In this document: one piece after another, positions 57,292-64,000 of the stretch
Position numbering within the stretch: the stretch's first letter is position 1
Layout of the letters: each line of letters opens with the position of its first letter
Assembly (NCBI GenBank): GCA_049512315.1
Contig: JBEKXF010000005.1
Span: 1-64,000 of the forward strand
Length of the DNA: 64,000 nucleotides
Origin: Candidatus Aminicenantales bacterium
Lineage (GTDB): Bacteria; Acidobacteriota; Aminicenantia; Aminicenantales; Saccharicenantaceae
Direction: 5' to 3'
The notes under the pieces: generated by a model
Databases searched by the model: none
What the model saw: the letters and a program-made list of their open reading frames with translations, nothing else
What the model was told of the DNA's origin: nothing
Made by a program: the position numbers and the translations under genes

Positions 57292-58701
57292 TTACAATGA
57301 GAGGGGACGGCTGCCCCGGGCCAGGGAGGCGAAAACTCCCGCCGTGCAGAGGAGGCTGTAAAATACGACGGCCACCCGGACGCTCGAGAGGAACACGGGG
57401 TAGAGGTCGGGGACGATCGGGCTCCGGCCCAGGAAGACGGAGAAGATCAGCATGGTGATCCCGGCGCTCAGCATCTGGCCGGAAAGGCGCATGGTGCCGA
57501 GCGTCGCCGAGGCTACCCCGTAGAAGCGCCGGTCGACAGAGCCCATGACCGCGTTGGTGTTAGGCGAGGAGAAAAGCCCAAAGCCGAGGCCGAGTACGGC
57601 CAGTCCTGAAACGAGGATGGGGAAAGGTGTCCCGGCGCCGAGGAACCCGAAAAGGAGCAGGGCGGCGGCCGTGAGGGCCATGCCGAGCGAGGCGATCGTC
57701 CGCGGCTCGGAGCGGTCGGAAAGCTTCCCGGCAAAGGGCGACGCCAGGGCCATCACGACGGGCTGGGCGATAAGAACGAGGCCCGCCCGGTGCGGCGGGA
57801 GCCCCTTGATGTACTGGAGGTAGAGGCTCAGCAGGAAGCCGACAGCCCACGTCGAGCTGTAATTGATGAGGGCGGCAAGGTTCGAGAAAAGGAAGATGCG
57901 GTTGGCCCGGAAGAGACGGAGGTCGAGGACGGGGGCCCGGGCCCGGTTCTCGATCGCCATGAAGGCGGCGAGGGCGGCCAGGCCCGCCAGGGTCAGGATG
58001 AGCCCTGGCAAAGACGGCAGGCGCGAGAATCCGTACATCAGGGCGATGAGCCCGAGCCCGAAAGCCGCCGAGCCCTTTCCGTCGAACCCCTCACCGCGGG
58101 CCTCGGCCCATTCCCCGTCGAGCTTCAAGACGACGAGGACGAAGCCGGCCAGGCTGACCGGGACCGTGAACCAGAAGATGCTCCGCCAGCCCCAGGCGTG
58201 GACGAGGAAACCGCCCAGCACGGGGCCGAGCGACAGGCCGAGATACGTGGCCGCCGAATTCAGGCCGAGGACTTTTCCCCGTTCGCCCGGCGGGAAAACC
58301 GAGGTCAGGAGCGCGATGGCCGTGCCGAAGATCATGGCCCCGCCGAGGCCCTGAAGGGCGCGGGCCGCGATGAGGACGGGACCGGAAGGGGCCAGCGCGG
58401 CCAGGATCGTCGCCGCCGTGTGGACCCCGAGCCCGATCGCGAAGATCTTCTTCCGGCCGACGATGTCGGCGAGGCGACCGATGGGGACGAGGCACATGGC
58501 TGCGAGGAGCATGAAGGCCGTGGCCACCCAGCCCAGGGACACGGCGCTCATGGAGAACTCCTGGCCGATCGAGGGCAGGGCGACGTTGATCGCGGAAGAC
58601 ATGAACGGGGTCAGGAAAGCGGCCAGGTTAGCGGAGACGAGGGCCGTCCGCCGGAGCGATGCCTGATGCCGGTCGGGGGAAGGCGCCGCGACGCTCGTCA
58701 T
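57292..58701 (-). CDS. MFS transporter, DHA2 (14-TM) family
   Basis: NVALPSI, GRLADIVGRKK, RALQGLG, GPVLGG, WRSIF, GLFSSPN. Confidence 0.88.
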   Translation of the reverse strand: MTSVAAPSPDRHQASLRRTALVSANLAAFLTPFMSSAINVALPSIGQEFSMSAVSLGWVATAFMLLAAMCLVPIGRLADIVGRKKIFAIGLGVHTAATILAALAPSGPVLIAARALQGLGGAMIFGTAIALLTSVFPPGERGKVLGLNSAATYLGLSLGPVLGGFLVHAWGWRSIFWFTVPVSLAGFVLVVLKLDGEWAEARGEGFDGKGSAAFGLGLIALMYGFSRLPSLPGLILTLAGLAALAAFMAIENRARAPVLDLRLFRANRIFLFSNLAALINYSSTWAVGFLLSLYLQYIKGLPPHRAGLVLIAQPVVMALASPFAGKLSDRSEPRTIASLGMALTAAALLLFGFLGAGTPFPILVSGLAVLGLGFGLFSSPNTNAVMGSVDRRFYGVASATLGTMRLSGQMLSAGITMLIFSVFLGRSPIVPDLYPVFLSSVRVAVVFYSLLCTAGVFASLARGSRPLSL

Positions 58702-58708
58702 CAGAGGA

Positions 58709-59365
58709 TCACAACCATTTGAGGACCGTGCCGAGGTCCAATCGCTTCGCGGCGGGCGGCTCAGCGGCCGGACAGCCGACGGCGCAGCCGTCGAGGACAT
58801 AATCCCCGAAGGGCAGGCCCAGGAGACGGACAAAGGCTTCGTCCTCGGCCATGGATTCCGTGACGCTGATGAGCTGGAACGCCAGGCCCAGCGCCGTGGC
58901 CTTCAGCCACATGTTCTCGAGCGTGTGAGCGAGCGACTGGAGCCCGGCCGGAGGAACCCCTTGATATTCGGCGGCGACGATGAAATAGGGCGCGGTCTTT
59001 AACGAGGGATGGCCGTTTTCGGCCAGGCCTCTGAGCCTGTCCATGTACAGAAAATCCCGTTCTGCCGCGACGGGCGCCCGGCCTCGTGTCCGGAGCGTCT
59101 CCTCGAACCTCCTGCGGGCCGCCTGCTGGATGAGGCGTCCGGCCTCGGCGATGGCCGGCGTCCCCTGCGTGAAAACGAAGAAGCGTCGGAAATCGTCCCG
59201 GCCCGCGACGGCCAGGGCGGCATAGGGGGCCTGGAGGCCGGCCTTGATGAGCTGCTCGATCGTCCCCCGGGACGGCGGCTCTTTGGCGAAGGCCCGGATC
59301 GTGCGGCGGGCGAGGACGATCTCGTCCAGGATCTTATTGGCATTTTCATCGAATCGCCTGTTCAT
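58709..59365 (-). CDS. Nitroreductase family protein
   Basis: RRTIRAF, QAP, ENMWLKATALGL; GGAGG SD before the ATG at 59365. Confidence 0.85.
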   Translation of the reverse strand: MNRRFDENANKILDEIVLARRTIRAFAKEPPSRGTIEQLIKAGLQAPYAALAVAGRDDFRRFFVFTQGTPAIAEAGRLIQQAARRRFEETLRTRGRAPVAAERDFLYMDRLRGLAENGHPSLKTAPYFIVAAEYQGVPPAGLQSLAHTLENMWLKATALGLAFQLISVTESMAEDEAFVRLLGLPFGDYVLDGCAVGCPAAEPPAAKRLDLGTVLKWL

Positions 59366-59439
59366 CAGAAGCCTCCCTCCGGCGGAAATTCCTGCCATGG
59401 TTTATATCCATACCCTTCAGATATTTCCCAGAAGGACGG

Positions 59440-61044
59440 CTACGAGCCGCTCTGCCGCCCTTCTGATGGTCGCTCCTCAGAATCCGCTCCCCGCCGGAGG
59501 AAGCGCTTGACGAAATCGCGCGTTTCCGTGACGCCGAGAAGCCGCGAAGCTCCGTAGAAGACCGCAAGGCCCAGGCTGCCGCAGACGATGACGCTCGCGA
59601 GTGAAACCCAGAAGGACATCCCGAACCGTGCGAGGAGGAGGTTGTTCGCGTACCAGCCGGCCGCACCACCGAGAACCGAGGCGAAGGTCAGCCGCAAGAA
59701 ATAGCCCGCCAGCGGACCGAGCTCGAGCTTCCCGATCTTCCTCGGCAGAAAGGCGAACAGAATCCAGAGGTTGAGGACCGCGGCCAGGCTTGTCGACAGG
59801 GGAAAGATCATAAAACCGAGGACCCACATGAGCGATACGTTGAGGGCAATCGTCAGGGCGACCGAGGCCAGGCTGGCGAACATGGGCGTTTTCGCGTCCT
59901 TGTAGGCGTAGTAGACCGCAGCCACATTCCGGAGGCCGGACATGAAGGGGATCCCCAGGGTATAGAGGACAAGGGCGCCGGCCGTGGCCAGGGTGTCGGC
60001 CGCCGTGAAATGCCCGCGCTGGTAAATGACCCGGGTGATCGGCCGGGAGAGGAAAGCGATGAGGAGGGAGGTCGGGACGGTCAGGAAAAAGACCATTTTC
60101 AGCGAGTCCGTGAGAGTGGATCGGATCGCGGCGACGTCGTTCTCGAGAACGAGCCTGGAGAACGACGGCAAGGCCACGGTCCCGACGGCGATCCCGAAAA
60201 GCCCGAGCGGCAGGTGCATAATTCTGAAGGCGTAAGTCAGCCAGCTCACGCTGCCCTGTTTCAGGGGTGTCACGAGGATCGTGTTGATAAGGACGTTGAT
60301 CCTCGGCCCGGCGAGGCCAATGGCTACCGGGATGAAGAGGGCCATGACCCGGCGGAATTCCGGGTCGCGAAAGCTCAGAAAAAAGCTGTAGCGGAATCCC
60401 TTTTTGTAGACCAGCGGCATCTGGATCAGGAACTGCATCAGGCCGCCGACAAGGACGCCGATGGCCATGCCGAAGATCGGCTCCTTGCCGTGAGCAACGT
60501 ACCAGCCGTAGGTCAGGACCGGGAAAAGGATGGAGAAGAGGTTGAACAGGGCCGGCGCCACCGACGGCACGAAGAAAGACCTCTCCGTATTGAGATAGCT
60601 CATGGCCCAGGCGCCGAGACTGACGAAGAGGAGGAACGGGAAGAGGATAGCTGTCAAGTCGGCGGTCAGGTCGATTTTCCCGGGCACCTTGCCGAAGCCG
60701 AAGGCAATCCACCTCGCGATGTGGGGCGAGAGCAGGAGCCCGGCGAGAGAAACCACGCCTGTCACGACGAAGAGGACGTTAAGAATGTTCGAGGCCAGAC
60801 GGTTTTGAGCTTCCTTGCTCTTGGCTTTTTCGGCGGTCAGGACCGGCACAAAGGCGGCCGAGAGGGCCGTTTCAGCGAAAAGGTCGCGGAGCATGTTCGG
60901 GATACGAAAGGCGACGTTGAAAGCGTCCGTAGCGAGGCCGACGCCGAAGAGATGGGCGAAGACCATTTCCCGCACCAGGCCCATGACGCGGCTGACGGCC
61001 GTGCCGACGGTGAAGGAGCGGACGCCCCGGGCGATATCTTCCAT
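59440..61044 (-). CDS. murJ: Lipid II flippase MurJ (MviN)
   Basis: SRVMGLVRE, DAF..AFRIPN.LR.LFAE.ALS.AFVP, YAFRI..LP.G.FG, YA..D.KTP. Confidence 0.93.
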   Translation of the reverse strand: MEDIARGVRSFTVGTAVSRVMGLVREMVFAHLFGVGLATDAFNVAFRIPNMLRDLFAETALSAAFVPVLTAEKAKSKEAQNRLASNILNVLFVVTGVVSLAGLLLSPHIARWIAFGFGKVPGKIDLTADLTAILFPFLLFVSLGAWAMSYLNTERSFFVPSVAPALFNLFSILFPVLTYGWYVAHGKEPIFGMAIGVLVGGLMQFLIQMPLVYKKGFRYSFFLSFRDPEFRRVMALFIPVAIGLAGPRINVLINTILVTPLKQGSVSWLTYAFRIMHLPLGLFGIAVGTVALPSFSRLVLENDVAAIRSTLTDSLKMVFFLTVPTSLLIAFLSRPITRVIYQRGHFTAADTLATAGALVLYTLGIPFMSGLRNVAAVYYAYKDAKTPMFASLASVALTIALNVSLMWVLGFMIFPLSTSLAAVLNLWILFAFLPRKIGKLELGPLAGYFLRLTFASVLGGAAGWYANNLLLARFGMSFWVSLASVIVCGSLGLAVFYGASRLLGVTETRDFVKRFLRRGADSEERPSEGRQSGS

Positions 61045-61063
61045 GGCCCCCCGATTATATGAA

Positions 61064-61154
61064 AATTGGGGACACAATATCCATTACCGATTTTTCCAGA
61101 CGGGCGTCGCTTCCGTGCCCGGAGTTTTGGAAATTTGTACGATGTCCTCGAATT
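61064..61154. repeat. REP/MITE-like inverted-repeat element, family 1 copy D
   Basis: Left arm AATTGGGGACACAATATCCATTACCGA resembles copy C; degenerate right arm TTGGAAATTTGTACGATGTCCTCGAATT abuts the acr3 stop. Confidence 0.7.
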
Positions 61155-62197
61155 CAGGCGGCGAAATACCTTTTCTTGAAATAGAGGGCCACGTTGACCA
61201 GCCCGATCATGACCGGGACCTCGACGAGCGGCCCGATGACGGCGGCGAACGCCTCGCCCGAGCCGATCCCGAAGACGGCCACGGCCACGGCGATGGCCAG
61301 CTCGAAGTTGTTGCTGGCGGCGGTGAACGACAGCGTCGCCGCCTTGGGATAGTCCGCGCCCGCCTTCCGGCTGAGGAAGAATGAGACAAGGAACATGACC
61401 ACAAAATAGATGAGGAGGGGTACGGCGATCCGTAGGACATCGAGCGGGATCTTGACGATGAATTCGCCCTTGAGCGAGAACATGACGACGATGGTGAAGA
61501 GGAGGGCGATGAGCGTGATCGGGCTGATCCGCGGGATGAATTTCGTTTCGTACCACGTCCGGCCCTTGAGCTTGAGCAGGCTGAAGCGGGTCAAGAGGCC
61601 GGCCAGGAACGGGATGCCCAGGTAGATGAAGACGCTTCTCGCGATCTGCCCGATGGTGACGTTGACGACCGTCCCCTTGAGCCCGAGCCAGGTCGGGAAG
61701 ATGGTGATGAAGACGTAGGCATAGACCGAGAAGAACAGGACCTGGAAGATCGAATTGAAGGCCACGAGGCCGGCGGCGTATTCCGTATCTCCCTTCGCCA
61801 GCGCGTTCCAGACGATGACCATGGCGATGCAGCGGGCCAGGCCGATCATGATCAAGCCGTACATGTATTCGGGTTTGTCGCGGAGGAAGAGGACGGCCAG
61901 GGCGAACATCAGGAGCGGCCCGATGACCCAGTTCTGGACGAGCGACAGGACAAGGACCTTTGTATTCTTGAAAACGTCGCCCAGCTCCTCGTACTTCACT
62001 TTCGCCAGGGGCGGGTACATCATCAGGATGAGGCCGACCGCGATCGGGATGTTCGTCGTCCCCGACTGGAACTTGTTGATGAAGCCGACGACGACCGGCC
62101 AGAAGTAGCCCAGGCCCACGCCGAAGGCCATCGCCAGGAATATCCAGAGCGTCAGGTACCGGTCCAGGAACTTGAGTCTCGCGTTTCCGGGCGTCAT
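61154..62197 (-). CDS. acr3: ACR3-family arsenite efflux transporter
   Basis: [57 protein letters not shown]. Confidence 0.95.
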   Translation of the reverse strand: MTPGNARLKFLDRYLTLWIFLAMAFGVGLGYFWPVVVGFINKFQSGTTNIPIAVGLILMMYPPLAKVKYEELGDVFKNTKVLVLSLVQNWVIGPLLMFALAVLFLRDKPEYMYGLIMIGLARCIAMVIVWNALAKGDTEYAAGLVAFNSIFQVLFFSVYAYVFITIFPTWLGLKGTVVNVTIGQIARSVFIYLGIPFLAGLLTRFSLLKLKGRTWYETKFIPRISPITLIALLFTIVVMFSLKGEFIVKIPLDVLRIAVPLLIYFVVMFLVSFFLSRKAGADYPKAATLSFTAASNNFELAIAVAVAVFGIGSGEAFAAVIGPLVEVPVMIGLVNVALYFKKRYFAA

Positions 62198-62251
62198 CGG
62201 TCTCTCCTTTTCCTCGTTTTTCTCGGGTGGTAAGTCCGCGCTAAAAAGAGC

Positions 62252-62722
62252 TCATGCCCCGTCACGGCTTTCGGGCCGGACGATGATGTCCGGTTCAATG
62301 ATGACCTCGCTCTTGACGGAATTCGCGACGAGGCTGTATTTCTGGGCCGAGGTCAGGGCCCGGAGGACGCGCTTTTCCACGGCCTCGCGCGCCGCGTTTT
62401 CGGCCCCCACAATGATCCGGGGCTTCAGAACGACACGGGTGAAGATCTCGGTCCTGTCGAGCTCGATAAGCTTGGCCCCCTCGGCCCGGCATTCGTAGGA
62501 CATGAGATCCAGGTGAAAGCGTTCCGCAGCCCAGATGAACATCAGCATGACGCACGTGTTGACGGCGGCGACGAACGCGTCTTCGGGGGTGAGGACTCCC
62601 GCCCGACCCTGGGACTGGGGAGGAGCGGAAAAATCCATCTCGGGCCCGTTCCCCATCCGCACCCGACCATCATGTCCGCCCGTCCAGATCACGGAAGTTT
62701 CATAGCTCTCTGTCCGAGCCAT
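62252..62722 (-). CDS. OsmC/Ohr family protein (second conserved Cys replaced by Ser)
   Basis: W.G..G, FSAPP..G, TPED.F.AA..TC, KYSLVANS. Confidence 0.8.
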   Translation of the reverse strand: MARTESYETSVIWTGGHDGRVRMGNGPEMDFSAPPQSQGRAGVLTPEDAFVAAVNTCVMLMFIWAAERFHLDLMSYECRAEGAKLIELDRTEIFTRVVLKPRIIVGAENAAREAVEKRVLRALTSAQKYSLVANSVKSEVIIEPDIIVRPESRDGA

Positions 62723-62776
62723 CGGCTTGCCTCCTCAAATAGCGGGACCGTCCCGGCGACGCGGCCGGTCGCAGGT

Positions 62777-63202
62777 TCATTCCAGTCCCCGCTTCCTCTT
62801 CAAGAGCCGGTCCGTTTCGACGGCAATCTCCCCGGCAACGGTTTCGGCCAACCGCCTCCCTTCCTCGCTCAGCGTCCGGGCCCTGCCGAGTGTGCTGCAG
62901 CCGGTTTTCTTTGCGATCGCGGTCACGACGATCGACGCGGCCGGCTTGGCGCTGTATTTTTCGGTGGCCACCGCGGCGCACCGTTTATCGCATCCATCGA
63001 CGGCGATGGTCGGATAATAGCGGGCGAACGCCCGTTCGCCCTCGCCACCCGCCAGAAATAGCGGCAGACAGAGGGTGACCGTGTCGTCAGGTCTCAATGT
63101 TTCGAGCACTTTCCGGACGGCCCTGCGCGTCACGGTGCCCTCGGGCAATTCCTCCCCCGAGCAGGAGATCAGTCCCACTTTCTTTCTCGGGAGATCAGGC
63201 AT
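62777..63202 (-). CDS. DGC-domain (putative metal-binding) protein
   Basis: SCSG, TLCL, AVDGCDKRCA. Confidence 0.85.
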   Translation of the reverse strand: MPDLPRKKVGLISCSGEELPEGTVTRRAVRKVLETLRPDDTVTLCLPLFLAGGEGERAFARYYPTIAVDGCDKRCAAVATEKYSAKPAASIVVTAIAKKTGCSTLGRARTLSEEGRRLAETVAGEIAVETDRLLKRKRGLE

Positions 63203-63614
63203 GGCCTTCCTCCCCGCCGACCTTATCAACGATCTTTGCACCTTCATCCGCCGCCGCGCGGGCCAGCTTCAATCCGTCCTCGTTGAGATCGCACACGCCC
63301 TCGGGCTTGAGGCCGCGGTGACGGCGGAGAACGTCGAAGACGGCGACCTTGTGGATCCGGCCCGCGCCGGCGGCCTCGAGCCCCTTCGCGGCGCACTCGA
63401 GCTTACAGCCGTCGATCGCGACGGCCGTGCCGTCGGCGACTTCACGCTTTGCTTCCTTGTCGCCCAGGACAAGGAGGGCAAGGGCGACAATGTTCGTTTT
63501 TTCGGGGCGGAGGTCCTCGGCGAGGATGTAAGCTGCTTCCCGGGCCGCCGCCCCTAGGCTTTTCCCGATCCCGCTGCAAGGGACGACGGAGATCTTGCGC
63601 CGTGTTTTGCTCAT
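63195..63614 (-). CDS. DGC-domain protein (one Cys ligand replaced)
   Basis: PCSG, IVAL where the paralog has TLCL, AIDGCKLECA. Confidence 0.82.
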   Translation of the reverse strand: MSKTRRKISVVPCSGIGKSLGAAAREAAYILAEDLRPEKTNIVALALLVLGDKEAKREVADGTAVAIDGCKLECAAKGLEAAGAGRIHKVAVFDVLRRHRGLKPEGVCDLNEDGLKLARAAADEGAKIVDKVGGEEGHA

Positions 63615-64000
63615 CGCAGGACCTCCGCTTCCGCCTGGACCTTGGCCAAGGCCAGGTAGTCGGCCGCCGTCTTCAAGACTCGGCGAGCCGCTTCGCTATC
63701 CTCGACCTCGAGGACGGCCAGCCAGCCTTTTCCGTAGGGATCCTGGTTGACGAGCTCGGGAGCGGTCAAGAGGTTATTGTTGACTTCGACGACCTTGCCT
63801 CCCACGGGGGACGGGATGCTGAAGTTGACCTTGATCGTCTCGACGACGGCCACCTCGTCGCCCAATCGGACCTGGGTCCCCTCCTCTTTCGGCTCGGCAA
63901 AAGCGACGTCCCCGTTCCTCTGTTGCGTGAAATCGGAAAGGCCGATGCGGGCCCGCCGCTCTTCGAATTTCACCCAGATCCCGGCCTCGCTGTAATAGAG
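63611..64000 (-). CDS. Glycine cleavage H-like lipoyl carrier protein (5' end beyond window)
   Basis: LYYSEAGIWV, RIGLSDF.Q..GDVAF, VETIKV (lipoyl Lys), SPVGG.VVEVN, VNQDPYG.GW; frame open to the window end. Confidence 0.85.
   Translation of the reverse strand, partial: LYYSEAGIWVKFEERRARIGLSDFTQQRNGDVAFAEPKEEGTQVRLGDEVAVVETIKVNFSIPSPVGGKVVEVNNNLLTAPELVNQDPYGKGWLAVLEVEDSEAARRVLKTAADYLALAKVQAEAEVLR

Noticed and set aside
63611..64000. Canonical glycine cleavage system
   Set aside because: No gcvT/gcvP in view and the neighbours are DGC/OsmC/acr3; cannot be fully excluded because upstream sequence is missing.
1..64000. tRNA, rRNA or known riboswitches
   Set aside because: None recognised by eye in the intergenic regions; a tRNAscan/Rfam scan would be needed to exclude them.

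Overview
GC-rich bacterial window with about 50 genes. The gene content (GWxTD-TPR protein, BNR/VPS10-like hydrolase, several secreted GH127s, Thr-rich lipoproteins, TonB receptor, glycyl radical enzyme) suggests a diderm anaerobe such as Ca. Aminicenantes or an Acidobacteriota relative; this taxonomy is inference. The window opens with the 3' end of an IS30-family transposase. It carries an mdtABC-OMF RND pump, an AbrB-like (HgcC-like) gene paired with arsM, and a double-HTH MerR gene paired with a B12 radical SAM gene. The central ~30 kb holds two of the window's three GH127 beta-L-arabinofuranosidases, a GH51, araB-araD plus a fucose-isomerase-like gene in place of araA, the glycyl-radical 4-hydroxyproline dehydratase HypD with its activase, a sugar porter and a lipoprotein mutarotase. 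Together these suggest a locus for complete anaerobic use of arabinosylated hydroxyproline glycoproteins (extensin-type). The right end has a TonB receptor split by an in-frame TGA, a Tat-type dipeptide epimerase, murJ, and an unusual gcvH-like / DGC / DGC / OsmC / acr3 operon. Several related palindromic REP/MITE-like elements sit right at stop codons. All calls come from motifs read by eye; no database searches were run.
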